From: Octopus sinensis
Lineage: Eukaryota
Direction of reading: 5' to 3'
Length of the DNA stretch: 64,000 nt
NCBI RefSeq assembly: GCF_006345805.1
Contig: NC_043004.1
Coordinates: 6,386,001-6,450,000 of the forward strand
The notes under the pieces were generated by a model. It was not told the origin of the DNA, ran no database searches, and was given only the letters and a program-made list of their open reading frames with translations. Below, in pieces: positions 50,379 through 63,280 of the stretch. The translations under genes were made by a program, and so were the position numbers. Within the stretch, counting starts at the first letter, position 1. Every line of letters begins with the position of its first letter.

Positions 50379-52200
50379 ATCATGTGTGTGTGTGTGTACA
50401 CGTGTGTGTGTGTGTGTTTGCATGTGTGTGTGTGTGTTTGTATGATATATGTTGAAGTAATTATTTGTGTGTGTAGGTCTGTGTGCCTCTGAGTAGCTGT
50501 GTGTGCTTCTGTATGTGTGCCTCTGCATGTATGTGTGTATGAGGGTGTGTACACACCTATATCTCCAGTTGTTCTATGCAAAGGCTTAGTTATTTGCAAA
50601 GAAACAGGTGCGGCTGCGAATGTCACTTTTAAAATCAACAAGAATCTATGTAATTTTCAAAATTTATTAATGTCACTCTACCATAGAAAATCCACTCTTT
50701 ATTATTAGCATTAATGTAATGTACTTCGTGATGACAAAACAGAAATAGGAAGTTATATAGTATAAACTCAAGGCCAACCCTATTTTTAAAATCACACTGG
50801 TTTAATAACCAACAAGAAAATTATAGACCAGGATTTAGATATAGGAGTCTCAGCTGACTAAATATAAAAATCCCATCGACCAAGACATATTTGATCAATA
50901 AGGTGAAACTCTTCTCAGTATAAATATGTCATTTTATGAAATTATTCCGCATGAAAGCCTTATTATCCATTGCACTATTTTTAATTAAGCAAACTCAAAC
51001 CTGCTCAACCATAACTGTAATTTCATTAACAAAGAAATATATCTATACTACAAGTATATTAGTGAGTACAACTTTAACAGCCATATTATACTGACTGATA
51101 TTTTAAGAAATGCTGAAATGTATATGGTATACTAAAATCATGGGCAAACTGCAATCTGTAAGACTTTTTGAAAGGCATGCTTAATGAAAAATTACCTTGA
51201 ATTTTTTTTAGTAGGATGATCTGTGTGATGATGAGTCATGTCTTATGTGGCCCACTTCCCAAAATATATTGACCACGCCTGATTTAAATGACAGAAAAGC
51301 TCTGGTTGCCCTTCCTAAAGCCTACCACTTTCCAGAGAATACTGGGTGCATTTTATGTGGAACACATACATGCATGCACATATTTCTACATCTACATTCA
51401 TCATCACCATTATTGAACATTTCTTTTTTCCATGCTGGAATGGGTTGGACAGTTTGGTAGGATTGGGCTGGCCACAGGGTTATGCTGAACTCCAGTGTCA
51501 GCTTTGGCATGGTTTCTACAGCTGGATGCCCTTTCCAAACACCAACCACTTTGCAGTGTGTACTAGAGAGGCTGCCAGGTAACATGCAAGACAGGAAGAG
51601 AGAATAGGGAAGAAGCAAAAAGCTCCCACTACTAAATAAGGGGGAATATTCAAGGTAGGGACATGGCTTTATGCCAAGACCAATGTATGATAGAGAGACA
51701 AGCATAGGTACCTGTCTACAGAGGGGCCATATGGCTGTCACACATTATATAGGGGTGAGCTGCAGTAGTCAGGAGGGAATAAAGATGATAGTGATGCATT
51801 GCAAGAGCAAACTCTCAGGAAACAGGAAGATGAGTATAAGAGAGGATACAGATAGTTAGAAATGGGGGTAGGGAATAGAAAAGGTATGGTTGATGGAATA
51901 TAGCACTCAACACTTATAATTGGAGTTGTATTTATTGAGTAACATGTTGACTCAGTACCTCTTGTTTTTTAAAGCTTTGTGAATTTAAAAACACAACCAG
52001 CTCCTCACACACTCAGAAGTAAAGTGAAGGGAAAAAAAACAAAATGATTTCTTTATTATAGAGAAATTTAACTTCCATCGGTCAGTTTGGGTCAAATTGT
52101 GGCAATAAACCAGTGACAACCAATCAAGCACTTTGTGGTTATTAGTGTTGTTTAATCATTGAAGGATTGGGGTTTACATTTTGGAAACATCACTGCTTAA

Positions 52201-53216
52201 CCCTTTAGCACATAAACCAGCCATACCCGGCCAAAATATTCTACATGTTTTGTGTTCAAACCAGCCAGATCTGACCTCTCACACCTACCCTACTATGTCA
52301 TTCTAAAAATGAACAATCACATCATCAAAATCTCAAAGCTACAAGGTAATTTGTGACCAAATAAGAATTACATTTGACAGAGAAACATCATCCTCATCAT
52401 CATCATCATCGTTTGACATCCGCTTTCCATGCTAGCATGGGTAGGATGATTTGACTGAGGACTGGCAAACCAGATGGCTGCACCCGACTCCAATCTGATC
52501 TGGCAGAGTTTCTACAGCTTGATGCCCTTCCTAATGCCAACCACTCCGAGAGTGTAGTGGGTGCTTTTACGTACCACCAGCACGAGGGCCAGTGAGGCGG
52601 TACTGGCAATGGCCATGCTCAAATGGTGTTTTTTACATGCCACCTGCACAGGATCCAGTCCAGTAGCACGACCTCGCTTGAATGTTTTTTTCACGTGCCA
52701 CCAGCACAAGTGCCTGTAAGGCAACGCTGGTAATGATCACGCTCGAATGGTGCTTTTTACATGCCACCGGCACGGAATCCAGTTAGCTGCTCTGGCAACG
52801 ATCACGCTCAGATGGTGCTCTTAGCACTCCACTAGCACAGATGCCAGTCATCGAATTTGATTTCACTTGCCTCAACAGGTCTTCGCAAGCAGAGTTTAGT
52901 GTCCAATGAAGGAAAGGTACACATGAGTGAGCAGGTTACACCCCTGGCATAGGCCACAAGGTTATGATCTCACTTGGCTTGCCAGGTCTTCTCAAGCACA
53001 GCATATTTCCAAAGGTCCCAGTCACTAGTCATTGCCTCGGTGAGGCCTAACATTCGAAGGTCATGCTTCACCACCTCATCCCATGTCTCCCTGGGTCTAC
53101 CTCTTCCTCAGGTTCCCTCAACCGCTAGGGTGTGACACTTTTTCATACAGTTATCGTCATCCATTCTCGCCACATGACCTTACCAGCGCAGTCATCTCTC
53201 TAGCACACCACTAAGG
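52201..53216. mobile_element. piggyBac-type MITE split by an RTE insertion
   Basis: TTAA-CCCTTTAGCA left end; degenerate taagg-TTAA after the RTE 5' junction. Confidence 0.5.
52387..53211 (-). mobile_element. RTE 3' fragment with complete 3' UTR
   Basis: ORF end (GRPRETWDEVVKHDL), about 60-66-bp tandem units and (GAT)n tail. Confidence 0.9.
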
Positions 53217-54009
53217 TTAAGACATGGTAGGGTGCAGGCAAAGTAATTCATCTAAGAGCAAAACTGGGAGGGTACCTGAAATGTTTGTTTGTGTCTGTGT
53301 CTGTGTGTGTGATTCTTAAATTTAAATGTTCTAGCAGCAGATTTTCATTTAGAAGTTGCAATTCTAGCAAAATTAAAATTGTTAAAACATAATAAATCTT
53401 AGTGATTAATTTAGATTTTATGTACCAGCTTTTAACAAACAAGTCAGCTGCTAATCTTATTAAAGAGGAGGATTAATCATTAATTAATTAGTAATCTCTT
53501 CACAAATTACATCTTCTACAAAGGGCTAATACTAAACAATACATTTGGTAATACTAACAAAATAAAAACCAAATCTTTCTACTGAAAAGTTACTAGTTTT
53601 ACATAGAGTTACTTAGAGGATCACATGGAGTGTGAAACTAAACAGCATTGAACACCACAAGTTCAAGTCCTTGTTACACTGTGGTGGTTTGTGTGCTGTA
53701 GTAATGACCTGAAGGCCTCCAATTCTGGACAGGTGAAAGGATAGAGACCAGACTAAAATGGATGGTAACTCTGTTGGTGTTGGTGTCAAATAAAAAAAAT
53801 GCTGGTGATGAAGCCATGTAAAAAGTACTGGTGCAGGTGCCACATACAAAGCATCCATGCGAAAACAGGCAATGGAACCTAGTGCAGCTCTCGGCCTTGC
53901 CAGCTCTTGTCAAATCATCCAACCCATGCCAGTATGGAAAATGGACATTAGATGACGACGACGACGATGACGATGGTGGTGGAGGTGGTGGTGGTGATGA
54001 GGAGGAGGA

Positions 54010-54215
54010 GGATATACCCTGAGGTAAGAATGAGTTTGTGTAGGGCCAGCGCTCCTACATAGAACAGAAAAAGCAAAGTTCAAAAGCATTGATGACAATT
54101 CAAATCCAACAAGACCTGGGAGAAGACAACACAGAATTGAGAGCAGTGGGGAAAAGTTGTTGATAGCTTATGCTCCATAGACAGTGGAGGTGGTGGGCTT
54201 AAGATGTAAAAGCAA
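54010..54215 (+). mobile_element. Decayed RTE-type 3' end, further lineage
   Basis: GYTLR at the start and gagagcagtggggaaaagttgttgatagcttatgctcc, resembling WRxxVxxLCS endings. Confidence 0.4.
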
Positions 54216-54869
54216 AAGGCAATAAAATGTAGGTCTTGGTATTAATGCTTCTGTAACTTTGCTTTTTTTTCTAAACAGAGGTGATGACCCTATGCAAACC
54301 CATTTTTTATCCTTGAGAAGAGGTGTTTCATATTAGTCTGCTCTCTATCCTTTAACCTGTCCATCATGGGAGGACCTATGAGAAGCTTGTGCTCTGTTAG
54401 CATAGCTCTCATGAATATTGAAGCACCCAATCATCACCTTCAGAGAAATAAAGATGATGATATGGTGTTTCAAATCCCAACCAGTCATCAAAGCAAATAC
54501 ACAAAAGTGCCGTGGTGACTTTTGCCTAAGGCACAATTCTTGATAGGTTATATGAAGATTCCAAGCTGACTCAGTCATCAGAGTAACTTCCTTTTCCTCC
54601 CTAAATGGATCCAAAATAAGCATGTGCATCCTACATGGCCCAATCTTGGTTGTGATACCTGTCGTTAGGAAGACTTGTTATTGAACCAGTCACCTTAAGG
54701 ATAATTTGTTATAGAACCAGTGAGGGTGTGATCCCTGGTGTGTTGCACTCATGATCACAAAATCATGGTTTTGATTCATTTAATTATATATGAGCATGTC
54801 TAGACATGCAAGTATATGCATGAGAAGACATACATAAAACAAAACATACAAATCTGCATGTATACATAC

Positions 54870-55078
54870 ATACATACATACATGCATGCATGCATACATA
54901 CATACATACATACATACATACATACATACATACATACATACATACATACATACATACATACATACATACATACATACATACATACATACATACATACATA
55001 CATACATACCTGCATGCATACATACATAAAACAAACATACATACATACATACATACATACATACATACACACACACAT
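54870..55078. repeat. (CATA)n microsatellite
   Basis: Direct reading. Confidence 0.95.
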
Positions 55079-55519
55079 ATGAGAGGAAGAAAATGGGATT
55101 CACAAGTGTATATAAATTTAATGGACACAAAGGAATTCCTGAAGCAAGTCCAGTAGCATATACTGCCATATTGTTGTTGACATCAGGTAACCGAATACTG
55201 TGAAGAGGCTTTAAACATATAACAAGGTGTATACCAGAATATGAAATTATTACACACACACACACACACATCTGTTATAGACAGAAGTGACTCTGATGAA
55301 AATAGCATAACTTATTTAGGTTGTTCAATTTTTCCCAACTGATCAATGGGCCGATTAGTAACCTATCAATAATTAACCTATAGAAACAGCTGTAATTCAA
55401 ATTTACTACAGTGGAAATAAACTTGTAATGACCATTATTTATGCTTTGTCTTATATATATATATATGTGTGTGTGCATGTGTGTGTGTGTGTTCAACAGA
55501 GTTTTTACAAAGAAACATG

Positions 55520-56105
55520 ATGTTATTCTTTTATTTGTTTCAGTCATTTGACTGCGGCCATGCTGGAGCACTGCCTTTAGTCGAACAAATCGACCCAAGG
55601 ACTTATTCTTTGTAAGCCTAGTATTAATCCTATTGGTTTCTTTAGGCCGAACTGCTAAGTTATGGGGATGTAAACACATCAACATCGGTTGTCAAGTGAT
55701 GGGGAGGGGACATAGACACACAAACACACACACACACACATGCACACACACATATATATACATGTAGTTTGTCTGTCAATGCGACGAAGACCATCTCGTC
55801 ATCCTTGGGTGGGAGTGGGCCTGTTTTGTGAGTCCGCCGATGGCTAAGGAGGCCAATCTGCGCCCAAAAGAGTCTTTGACAGTGTGGACGGGGAATGGTA
55901 GTGCCTGCTACAGGGTTGTTAGCTCTGTTCTTCCTGGTTTGTCTGCGGTCTTCTGCAGCAGTGATCCTATTGGTCTCGCACGTCTTGGCACCTTTGTGGA
56001 CAGCTGATCGCCACCCTTCTCTGTCTGGAGCAGACTGCTCTGGACTGAACCCAGAACCATGAGGTTGTAAAGCAAGCTACTTACCACACAGCCACTCCTG
56101 TGCCT
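55520..56105 (-). mobile_element. SINE family A split by an RTE insertion
   Basis: 3' half 55520-55760, head 56042-56105. Confidence 0.8.
55765..56040 (-). mobile_element. RTE-BovB-like 3' fragment with decayed C2H2 finger
   Basis: APDREGWRSAVHKGAKTCETNRI...IPRPHCQRLFWAQIGLLSHRRTH. Confidence 0.85.
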
Positions 56106-56403
56106 ATAGTCACAATATCTAAAAAAGATTTTCTTATATTTTCTAAGAAAACTTCCTTTCAGGCAGTTCATGTCATTCTTTTTTTTTTTTTTTTTTCAAG
56201 ATATTTTTATATAATTAATAATTTCTATTTTAAGAAAATCTTTCTTGAAATGTGTGTTGATGCATGTGTGAGTGCATTTAGTTAAATATTTAGACTTGAA
56301 TATTTAGGTCCCTTTTCATGATTACCACAGTAAATCAACAATGCTGGCTGAGGGTTTACCCAGATTGTGTGAATATCTAAAAAAAATTTTTTAATAACAA
56401 ACA

Positions 56404-56815
56404 TAGGCGCAGGAGTGACTGTGTGGTAAGTAGCTTGCTAACCAACCACATGGTTCCGGGTTCAGTACCACTGCGTGGCATCTTGGGCAAGTGTCTTCTG
56501 CTATAGCCCCGGGCTGACCAATACCTTGTGAGTGGATTTGGTAGACGAAAACTGAAAGAAGCCTGTCGTATATATGTATATATATATGTGTATGTGTGTG
56601 TGTGTGTGTGTGTGTTTGTGTTTGTCCCCCTAGCATTGCTTGACAACCGATGCTAGTGTGTTTATGTCCCCCGTCACTTAGTGGTTCAGCAAAAAGAGAC
56701 CGATAGAATAAGTACTGGGCTTACAAAGAATAAGTCCCGGGGTCGATTTGCTCGACTAAAGGCAGTGCTCCAGCATGGCCGCAGTCAAAATGACTGAAAC
56801 AAGTAAAAGAGAGTA
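56404..56815 (+). mobile_element. SINE family A, young full-length copy
   Basis: ggcgcaggagtgactgtgtggtaag head through to the gactgaaacaagtaaaagagagtaaaga tail. Confidence 0.93.
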
Positions 56816-57468
56816 AAGAGTATATATACATATGAAATCACTGATACACACATACAAATATAGATGTGTGTGTGTGTGTGTATAGAAATTCTTATTACAT
56901 AGTGATTAACAAAAGGTGTGGTATTTTTACCTTTATTTTCTTTCTGTTCCATTACATTTATAAATGGTTTGTTGGATGTATGTATTAACTAATATTAGTG
57001 TTCCATTGTATCATATAATGACGTTACACTTTTCAATACGTGTGTTTGTATATATATATACATATATATGTATATATGTATATATATACATATATATGTA
57101 TACACGTCTATCTGTCTACATACACCCACATATAAATATGAATATATGTACATACCTGTGTGTATGTATGTATATATATGTGTATGTATGTGTGTGTGTA
57201 TATATATATATATATATAACACATATGACAGGTGGAAAATGGAATATACAAGAAATTTTGCATTTGTTGTATACAAAATAAACACTGAGGAATTCCTGTT
57301 GTAGATCTACCAACAATTGTGTAAATACTGTTGATGACATCAGGTAGCTACAGGTAGTGAATGTGCTTCATTGGTTACTTACTAGGTATATCATACATAC
57401 ATACATACATACATACATACATACATACATACATAAATACATAAATACATACATACATATATACATAC

Positions 57469-57533
<65 letters not shown>

Positions 57534-57535
<2 letters not shown>

Positions 57536-57848
57536 ATAAATCTTAAGGTAGCAAAAAAGTTTTAGAAAAATTCTTTGCTACTAGTGGTCTAGTGAGAAGA
57601 AAAAACTAGTCAATAGACTATATATTATTCATATAAAAATACAGTGTACTTTCAAACATATAAGAGATAGCCATAACAGGACATCTGACGCGCTTGAAAG
57701 CGTAGTCAAACTACAAACCACTAAACAGTGGTAATTTCGAAATTTCCTTTCAAAATTACCACTATTTAGTGGTTTGTAGTTTAACTACTCTTTCTAGCAA
57801 GTCAGATGTCCTCTTATGGCCATCTCTTATGTATTTTAATGTACACTG
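57534..57848. mobile_element. (TA)n-embedded asymmetric fold-back element 3
   Basis: Leader homologous to 36997-37086; arms about 57642-57741 / 57749-57848. Confidence 0.85.
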
Positions 57849-57891
<43 letters not shown>

Positions 57892-57893
<2 letters not shown>

Positions 57894-58262
57894 TAGCAGT
57901 ATCGCCCGGCGTTGCTCAGGTTTGTAAGGGAAATAACTATAAAGCATTTTTAGAGAGTTATAGCCAAAAAATGGAAAAAAATATGGTAAATTTTTTTTTG
58001 AGTTAAAAAAGGATGGAGTTGCGTCCCCTAGACAGTTTGTGGTTCGTGTTTCTGATTCTCGACCCCATGTCGAATTTATCGATGTTTTTCAGAACTGGGG
58101 GAACTTTTCAAAATTTTGGCTGCGTTAGTTTTGAATTATGACATTGGGCTATGTGTGTGTCAAGTTTCATCAGAATCGGTTGAAAGCCGTGGTCAGGGTG
58201 AGGGTACAAGCAAACAGACACACAGAAACACGCACAGACAAACTGCCGTTTATATATAGAGA
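57892..58262 (-). mobile_element. Non-autonomous Helitron, complete
   Basis: Minus strand 5' TCTCTATATATAAA; 3' ctgagcaacgccgggcgatactgCTAG; same 3' motif as 21830-21856. Confidence 0.88.
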
Positions 58263-58263
58263 T

Positions 58264-58550
58264 ATAAATTTATAAATAGGGATAATATCGATATTTAAAT
58301 ATTGATATTATCAAGTGGCCAGCAGGGGAAAAAATACCGTACAAAGGTAATAATTTTTTTACAACTAAAAATAAGGGTGTCTGAGAGACACCACCATACC
58401 GTAATAGCAGTCAAAACCCTGACTTTAAAAACCATGTTAAATGTTCATATCATACCATGAGATAAGACAGAGGGACAAAATAGACTAGCAAAAAATATTA
58501 TTGAATAATTCAAGATCCAGGGTGTCTCTCAGACACCCTTATTTTTAGTT
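58264..58550. mobile_element. Asymmetric fold-back element 4
   Basis: Perfect 30-bp inverted repeat 58363-58392 / 58521-58550, leader of about 100 bp, TA tract on the right. Confidence 0.7.
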
Positions 58551-58814
58551 ATATATATGTATATATATTTACAGATACAAAGGTATATACATGCAGAGTA
58601 TGTTGTCTATTTCAGTACAAAGTTTTAATGTAAGGAAAACTAATATATTTTTACAGAATATTTGGGTGTATATGCCATATTTCATGGGGTTTTTTCCACT
58701 TCATCAGCACCCATTTAACCCATTCTCACCTCCAAACACATTGCTTATATAGCCACCATATACAGCAGTGTTCAGTTATTGGATGTAAACATACTCTAAC
58801 ACAAATAAATCTAA

Positions 58815-59350
58815 AGGCTATTCAATAAAAACCACCATCAGCTATGCTTATTACCTCAGTACAGCTTCTGAATTGACTAAATGTGTTGATTAAGTGGTCT
58901 TTATTTATGCTTGCAAAACATCCCCTAATAACAGACATCAATGAGTCCTTGGTATTGTGGGTGTTCTTGTTGGTCTCCCTCTCAACAATGCCCCAGATGT
59001 AGTTTCTATGGGGGTTGAAAACTAGAGAGCTAGAAGGCCAAATGTTAGGGGTAACAGGATCGTGAAAATTTTCAGCCATCTAGTTCTGGGTTATGCAGGC
59101 TGTGAGAGAGGGAGCAGAGTCTTGCAAGAACACATACGGCTCTACTCCAAAGCAACTGTCTTGATCCAGAGCTTGAGAGGCATCTCCAATATCTCAAGGT
59201 ATGCAGCCGTATTGATCAAAAGCCCTTGTAGGAAAAACTGTGGAAACACAACGTAGCCATCATTGCACATGCCACACCCCAACCCCAGACCATCACAGAC
59301 AAGGGGAACTTGGTTTGTGTAACAGTGAGGGCTTCAGTGGGAATTGCCAG
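58815..59350 (-). mobile_element. maT-type transposase relic 2
   Basis: TKFPLSVMVWG...YVFLQDSAPS...NIWPSSSLVFNP...YIWGIVERETNK; frameshifted. Confidence 0.85.
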
Positions 59351-59689
59351 ATATTAACACCATGACACACGCAAATATATGGTTCCACACATACACATAA
59401 TTTGATACGGGTGCAAAACATCCAACACTATTTTTTGGAAATGACTGTAAATATTGACTTCACACAAACACGTTGCTTCCCGATACAGGCACAAGGCCAG
59501 CAGAACTATAAATATTGAAAATTGTACACATGCACACATATATACATGCGCGCACGTCCCAACATACATATAAACACACACACACACACACACGCGCACA
59601 CATACATACATATAGCTCTTCCTGTCCTTAAGGAACTTACTTATCCAGCTCAAATTCAGTCAAGCGGAAAATACACTCCTTAACTACAA

Positions 59690-60000
59690 GCTAAAAGGCT
59701 ATTTTCGAAAACTCCATACACCACCCACACCAACATTCATTCTAAACATTCACATGACCTCTCTATTATGACCACATTCACGTGACCTCTTTATTATGAC
59801 CAATAAGAAATTTTAGGCACAATACTAGCCAAATTTTCACATCTCTGGAGCCTATTTTCTTACCCCAACACCAACTTCCATTCAAACATTCACGTGACCC
59901 CCTTTATAATGACCAATCAAAATTGTATTGACCATTGTCTACAAGAAATTTTAGGCGCGAAACCAAGCAAATCTTAAACAACTCTGGAGCCTCTTTTTTC
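59690..60000 (+). repeat. Internally repetitive element
   Basis: cattcac(g/a)tgacc...tatgacca three times; aagaaattttaggc...ctctggagcct twice. Confidence 0.6.
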
Positions 60001-60218
60001 ACATATAAGAGACAGCAAACCCAACATAAAGTCAGATAAGAGAAAAAAATCAATCAGAAAGGAACTCTATCTCTATCTCACTCAAAATATCTTTTTGATA
60101 AGCATAACAAATGCGCAACCGGTAAAAAGAACTTTCACCTAATTAAATACACTCTCCCTTACTTAAATTATTTTGTCAGCATTTTCTTCATTTCCTTTTT
60201 TTATATATATATTTTTTT

Positions 60219-61185
60219 TTTCCTAGTTTCAGCTCAGAGCTGCGGCCATGCTGATGCACCGCTGTCTTGTGCTACACTGTTATTACGACGAACCTCGTCT
60301 AATATGTGGCACTTGGTGAAGAATGGAGTTTGATATAGCTACTCTCATTTGCACCTCCTGCCGTGAGGTAGGTTCATCTGGGACTCTTGACAGGAAGATG
60401 TCCAGCTTTGATTTAAAAACCGCTACATCCACTTTGTGCAAGTTCCTCAGACTCTTTAGGAGAATATTAAAAAGCTGTGGGCCCTTGAAACCCAGGCTGT
60501 TGCAGAAGCTGGTCCTGAAGTGAGATGGCATTGCTGGGATCTTTGGCACTATGCAGTGTCTTCCCATTCTAGCATTGGTGTAGCTTACAATGCCAAAATT
60601 TGGCACAATTCCTTCCAGGATCTTCCAGACATATATTACTGCATACCTCTCCCGTCTTCTCTCCAGGGAGTAGAGTCTTAGCTGTTTCAACCTTTCCCAG
60701 TAGCTGAGCTGTTGCAAAGAGATGATCTTCTTTGTGAATCTTCTCTGGATTGCTTCAAGGTCCGCTGTTAATTTTACACTGGTGGGTGACCATAGCTGTG
60801 AGCAGTAATCCAGGCGACTGAGGACGAATGTCCGCCAGAGGACCATCATGGTTTCCTTATCTCTGGTTCTGAATGTTCTTAGGATCCACCCAGCCAGTCG
60901 TCTGCACTTTGTCGCCATCCTGGTAATGTGCACTTGGAAAGAGGTATCATCACTCATGTCGATACCCAGGTCCCTCACAGACTTAGGCTCTGGGATTGAA
61001 ATTCCCTGTGGACCGGTGTATCCTGTAAGTTTAATATTCAGTTTTGGATGCTGGTAGTGCAGGGCCTGGAATTTTTCAGCATTAAACTGCATATTATTAT
61101 CCTCAGCCCATCTGTAGATTGAGTCCAACTCCTGCTGCAGGTGTGCAACATCGCTGGGGTTCTGTATTTTCTGCGAGACTTTCGT
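60219..61185 (-). mobile_element. CR1/L2-group LINE, 5'-truncated, open 3' ORF
   Basis: 281-aa ORF 60283-61128 (LDSIYRWAEDNNMQFNAEK...RDLGI...DYCSQLWSP...SLERRRERY), short 3' UTR and poly(A). Confidence 0.95.
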
Positions 61186-61501
61186 ATATATATATATATA
61201 TAATATATATTATATATATATATATATTTGTATATATTATATATATTATATATATATATATATATTTGTATATATTATATATATATATATATTATATATA
61301 ATATATATTATATATATATATTATATATATATATAATATATATATATATATATTATAGGGTACGTAAGTGCTACGGGTGGGCTGCAGTTAGACTCTTGGT
61401 TCAATAATAATACGAATGAGGAGTTTAATGCAGGTCTTGTATGAGCATATATATGTTAAATAAAATGGAATAACAAAACCAAGCCTTGGGTTTGTTGTCT
61501 C

Positions 61502-61536
<35 letters not shown>

Positions 61537-61544
<8 letters not shown>

Positions 61545-61869
61545 ATATTTCGGAATGGTCATATTGCCAGTTTAGCCAATAAAAACACACGCACTATATA
61601 TTTGGTGTTATTTTGCTTCAGTGATATTTATTTTTTACATTAATCTTAATCTTATTTCGGCCAGAGTTCTTTCGTCACACTCCTGTGACCGCATCAGTGG
61701 TCCTTTGTTTTCTTCTCACTTATTTGTGTCTCTCCTTACTAACCGTCAGCCATATATAGTGCGTGTGTTTTTATTGGCTAAACTGGCAATATGACCATTC
61801 CGAAATATAACAATATCTGTTTCAACACATGACTTCACATAAAAAATCTTGCACAACAAATATTTAAAC

Positions 61870-61870
<1 letters not shown>
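61537..61870 (-). mobile_element. Fold-back element 5 (PLE-like inverted pLTR)
   Basis: Perfect 65-bp inverted repeat 61537-61601 / 61752-61816, 150-bp spacer with a hammerhead-like motif and AATAAA, 54-bp one-sided extension, (TA)n on both sides. Confidence 0.8.
61659..61703 (-). ncRNA. Hammerhead-like motif with non-canonical core
   Basis: GGACCA-CUGAUGCG-GUCAC(aggagu)GUGAC-GAAA-GAAC-UC^UGGCC; A9 replaced by C plus one extra G. Confidence 0.45.
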
Positions 61871-61950
<80 letters not shown>

Positions 61951-61960
61951 ATATATACAC

Positions 61961-61991
<31 letters not shown>

Positions 61992-62390
61992 TGCAAACAT
62001 ACATATACACATATTTGTGTGGGTATGTATACTATACATACACACATACACCCACATGCTCATACATATGCACACAAACACAAAAAGAAAAATAATATCA
62101 TTATTTGTTATTGTTTACGACCTGGTGTCAACATGTACCATGCTTCTATTAATGGCTCTGACGTGTTTCTGAAATTATAAGCTGACTCTTAGACACACTT
62201 GATCCTCCCACATATGACTCAGTAAAATAACAGAATGTGATGGCTGTCACTTTATTGAACGTGAAAGGGGGAACAGCACAGCAAAATTTTGTTGTATTTC
62301 AACTCAGAGTATAGAAAGTTGGAACAAAAATCGTGAAGCAGTTTATCTGACAGTCCAGTGACACCAGCAGTTCAGTTCACTGCCTATGTA

Positions 62391-63258
62391 TGTCGTCTGA
62401 TCAATAAGTGTCTGGATCGTTGCCATAGTAGCAAAGTTAAAGTACACAGAGTGAAGCTGCTTGGCAAAGATTGATCTTGAACTCTGCTGTGCATGTGCAC
62501 TAAGTTTTAATGTTCTAGCTCACTTCTGCTGTTTATAGCAGTGCTTGGAAGGAAGGTGTGTAGCATGTGATTGTTCCATTGACCATGACAGAGAAAGTTG
62601 TCATAGTGATACCTGCTCAGAGGCCTATGCAAAGTTGCAGAAAGTGTATGGAGAGGAGTGTATGAGCCACACATAAGTGCACAAGTGGTTCAGACGTTTC
62701 CAAGAAGGCCAAAATAATGTCAATATTGACGAACATTCTGGGAGACCTGCAACCAACAAAACTGAGAAAAACATCGCAGATGTGCGTGCTGCTGTGATGG
62801 GAAATCATTGAATCACCATCTGTGAATGATCAAAGGATGTACAGATTAGTGATGGTTCAGTTCAGTACATTATCACTGAAGATTTGAGTATGAGACAAAT
62901 GTCTGCCTAGTTTGTGCCAAACTACTTTCAACTGACCAAAAAGACACTGGGGTTTCAGTTGCATAAGATCTCCTTGATTGTGTTGAGAATGATGAGGCCT
63001 CTGAGCAAGTATCACTAAGCTTTTGACAAAATTTGTTGCAGATTCTCTGCTCAACTTTTTCTGCCATGGTCAAAGCAATGATCACACACTACACACCTTC
63101 CTTCCAAGCGCAGCTGTAAACAGCAGAAGTGAGCTAGAACGTTAAAACTTAGAGTACATGCATAGCAGAGTTCAAGGTCAATCTGTGCAAAGCGGCTTCA
63201 CTTTTTGTGCTTTAACTTCGATACTATAGCAACAGTCCAGATACTTATTGATCAGACC
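62391..63258. mobile_element. Mariner derivative with two inverted 5' ends
   Basis: gtctgatcaataag TIR at both ends; forward HTH coding relic (AYAKLQKVYGEECMS...WFRRFQEG...SGRP...FVPKLLS); inverted 5' copy from 62995. Confidence 0.9.
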
Positions 63259-63280
63259 ACACACACACACACACACACAT

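Noticed and set aside
55290-55330. CUGAUGA followed by a stem
   Set aside because: No GAAA box after the stem, so it is not a hammerhead.
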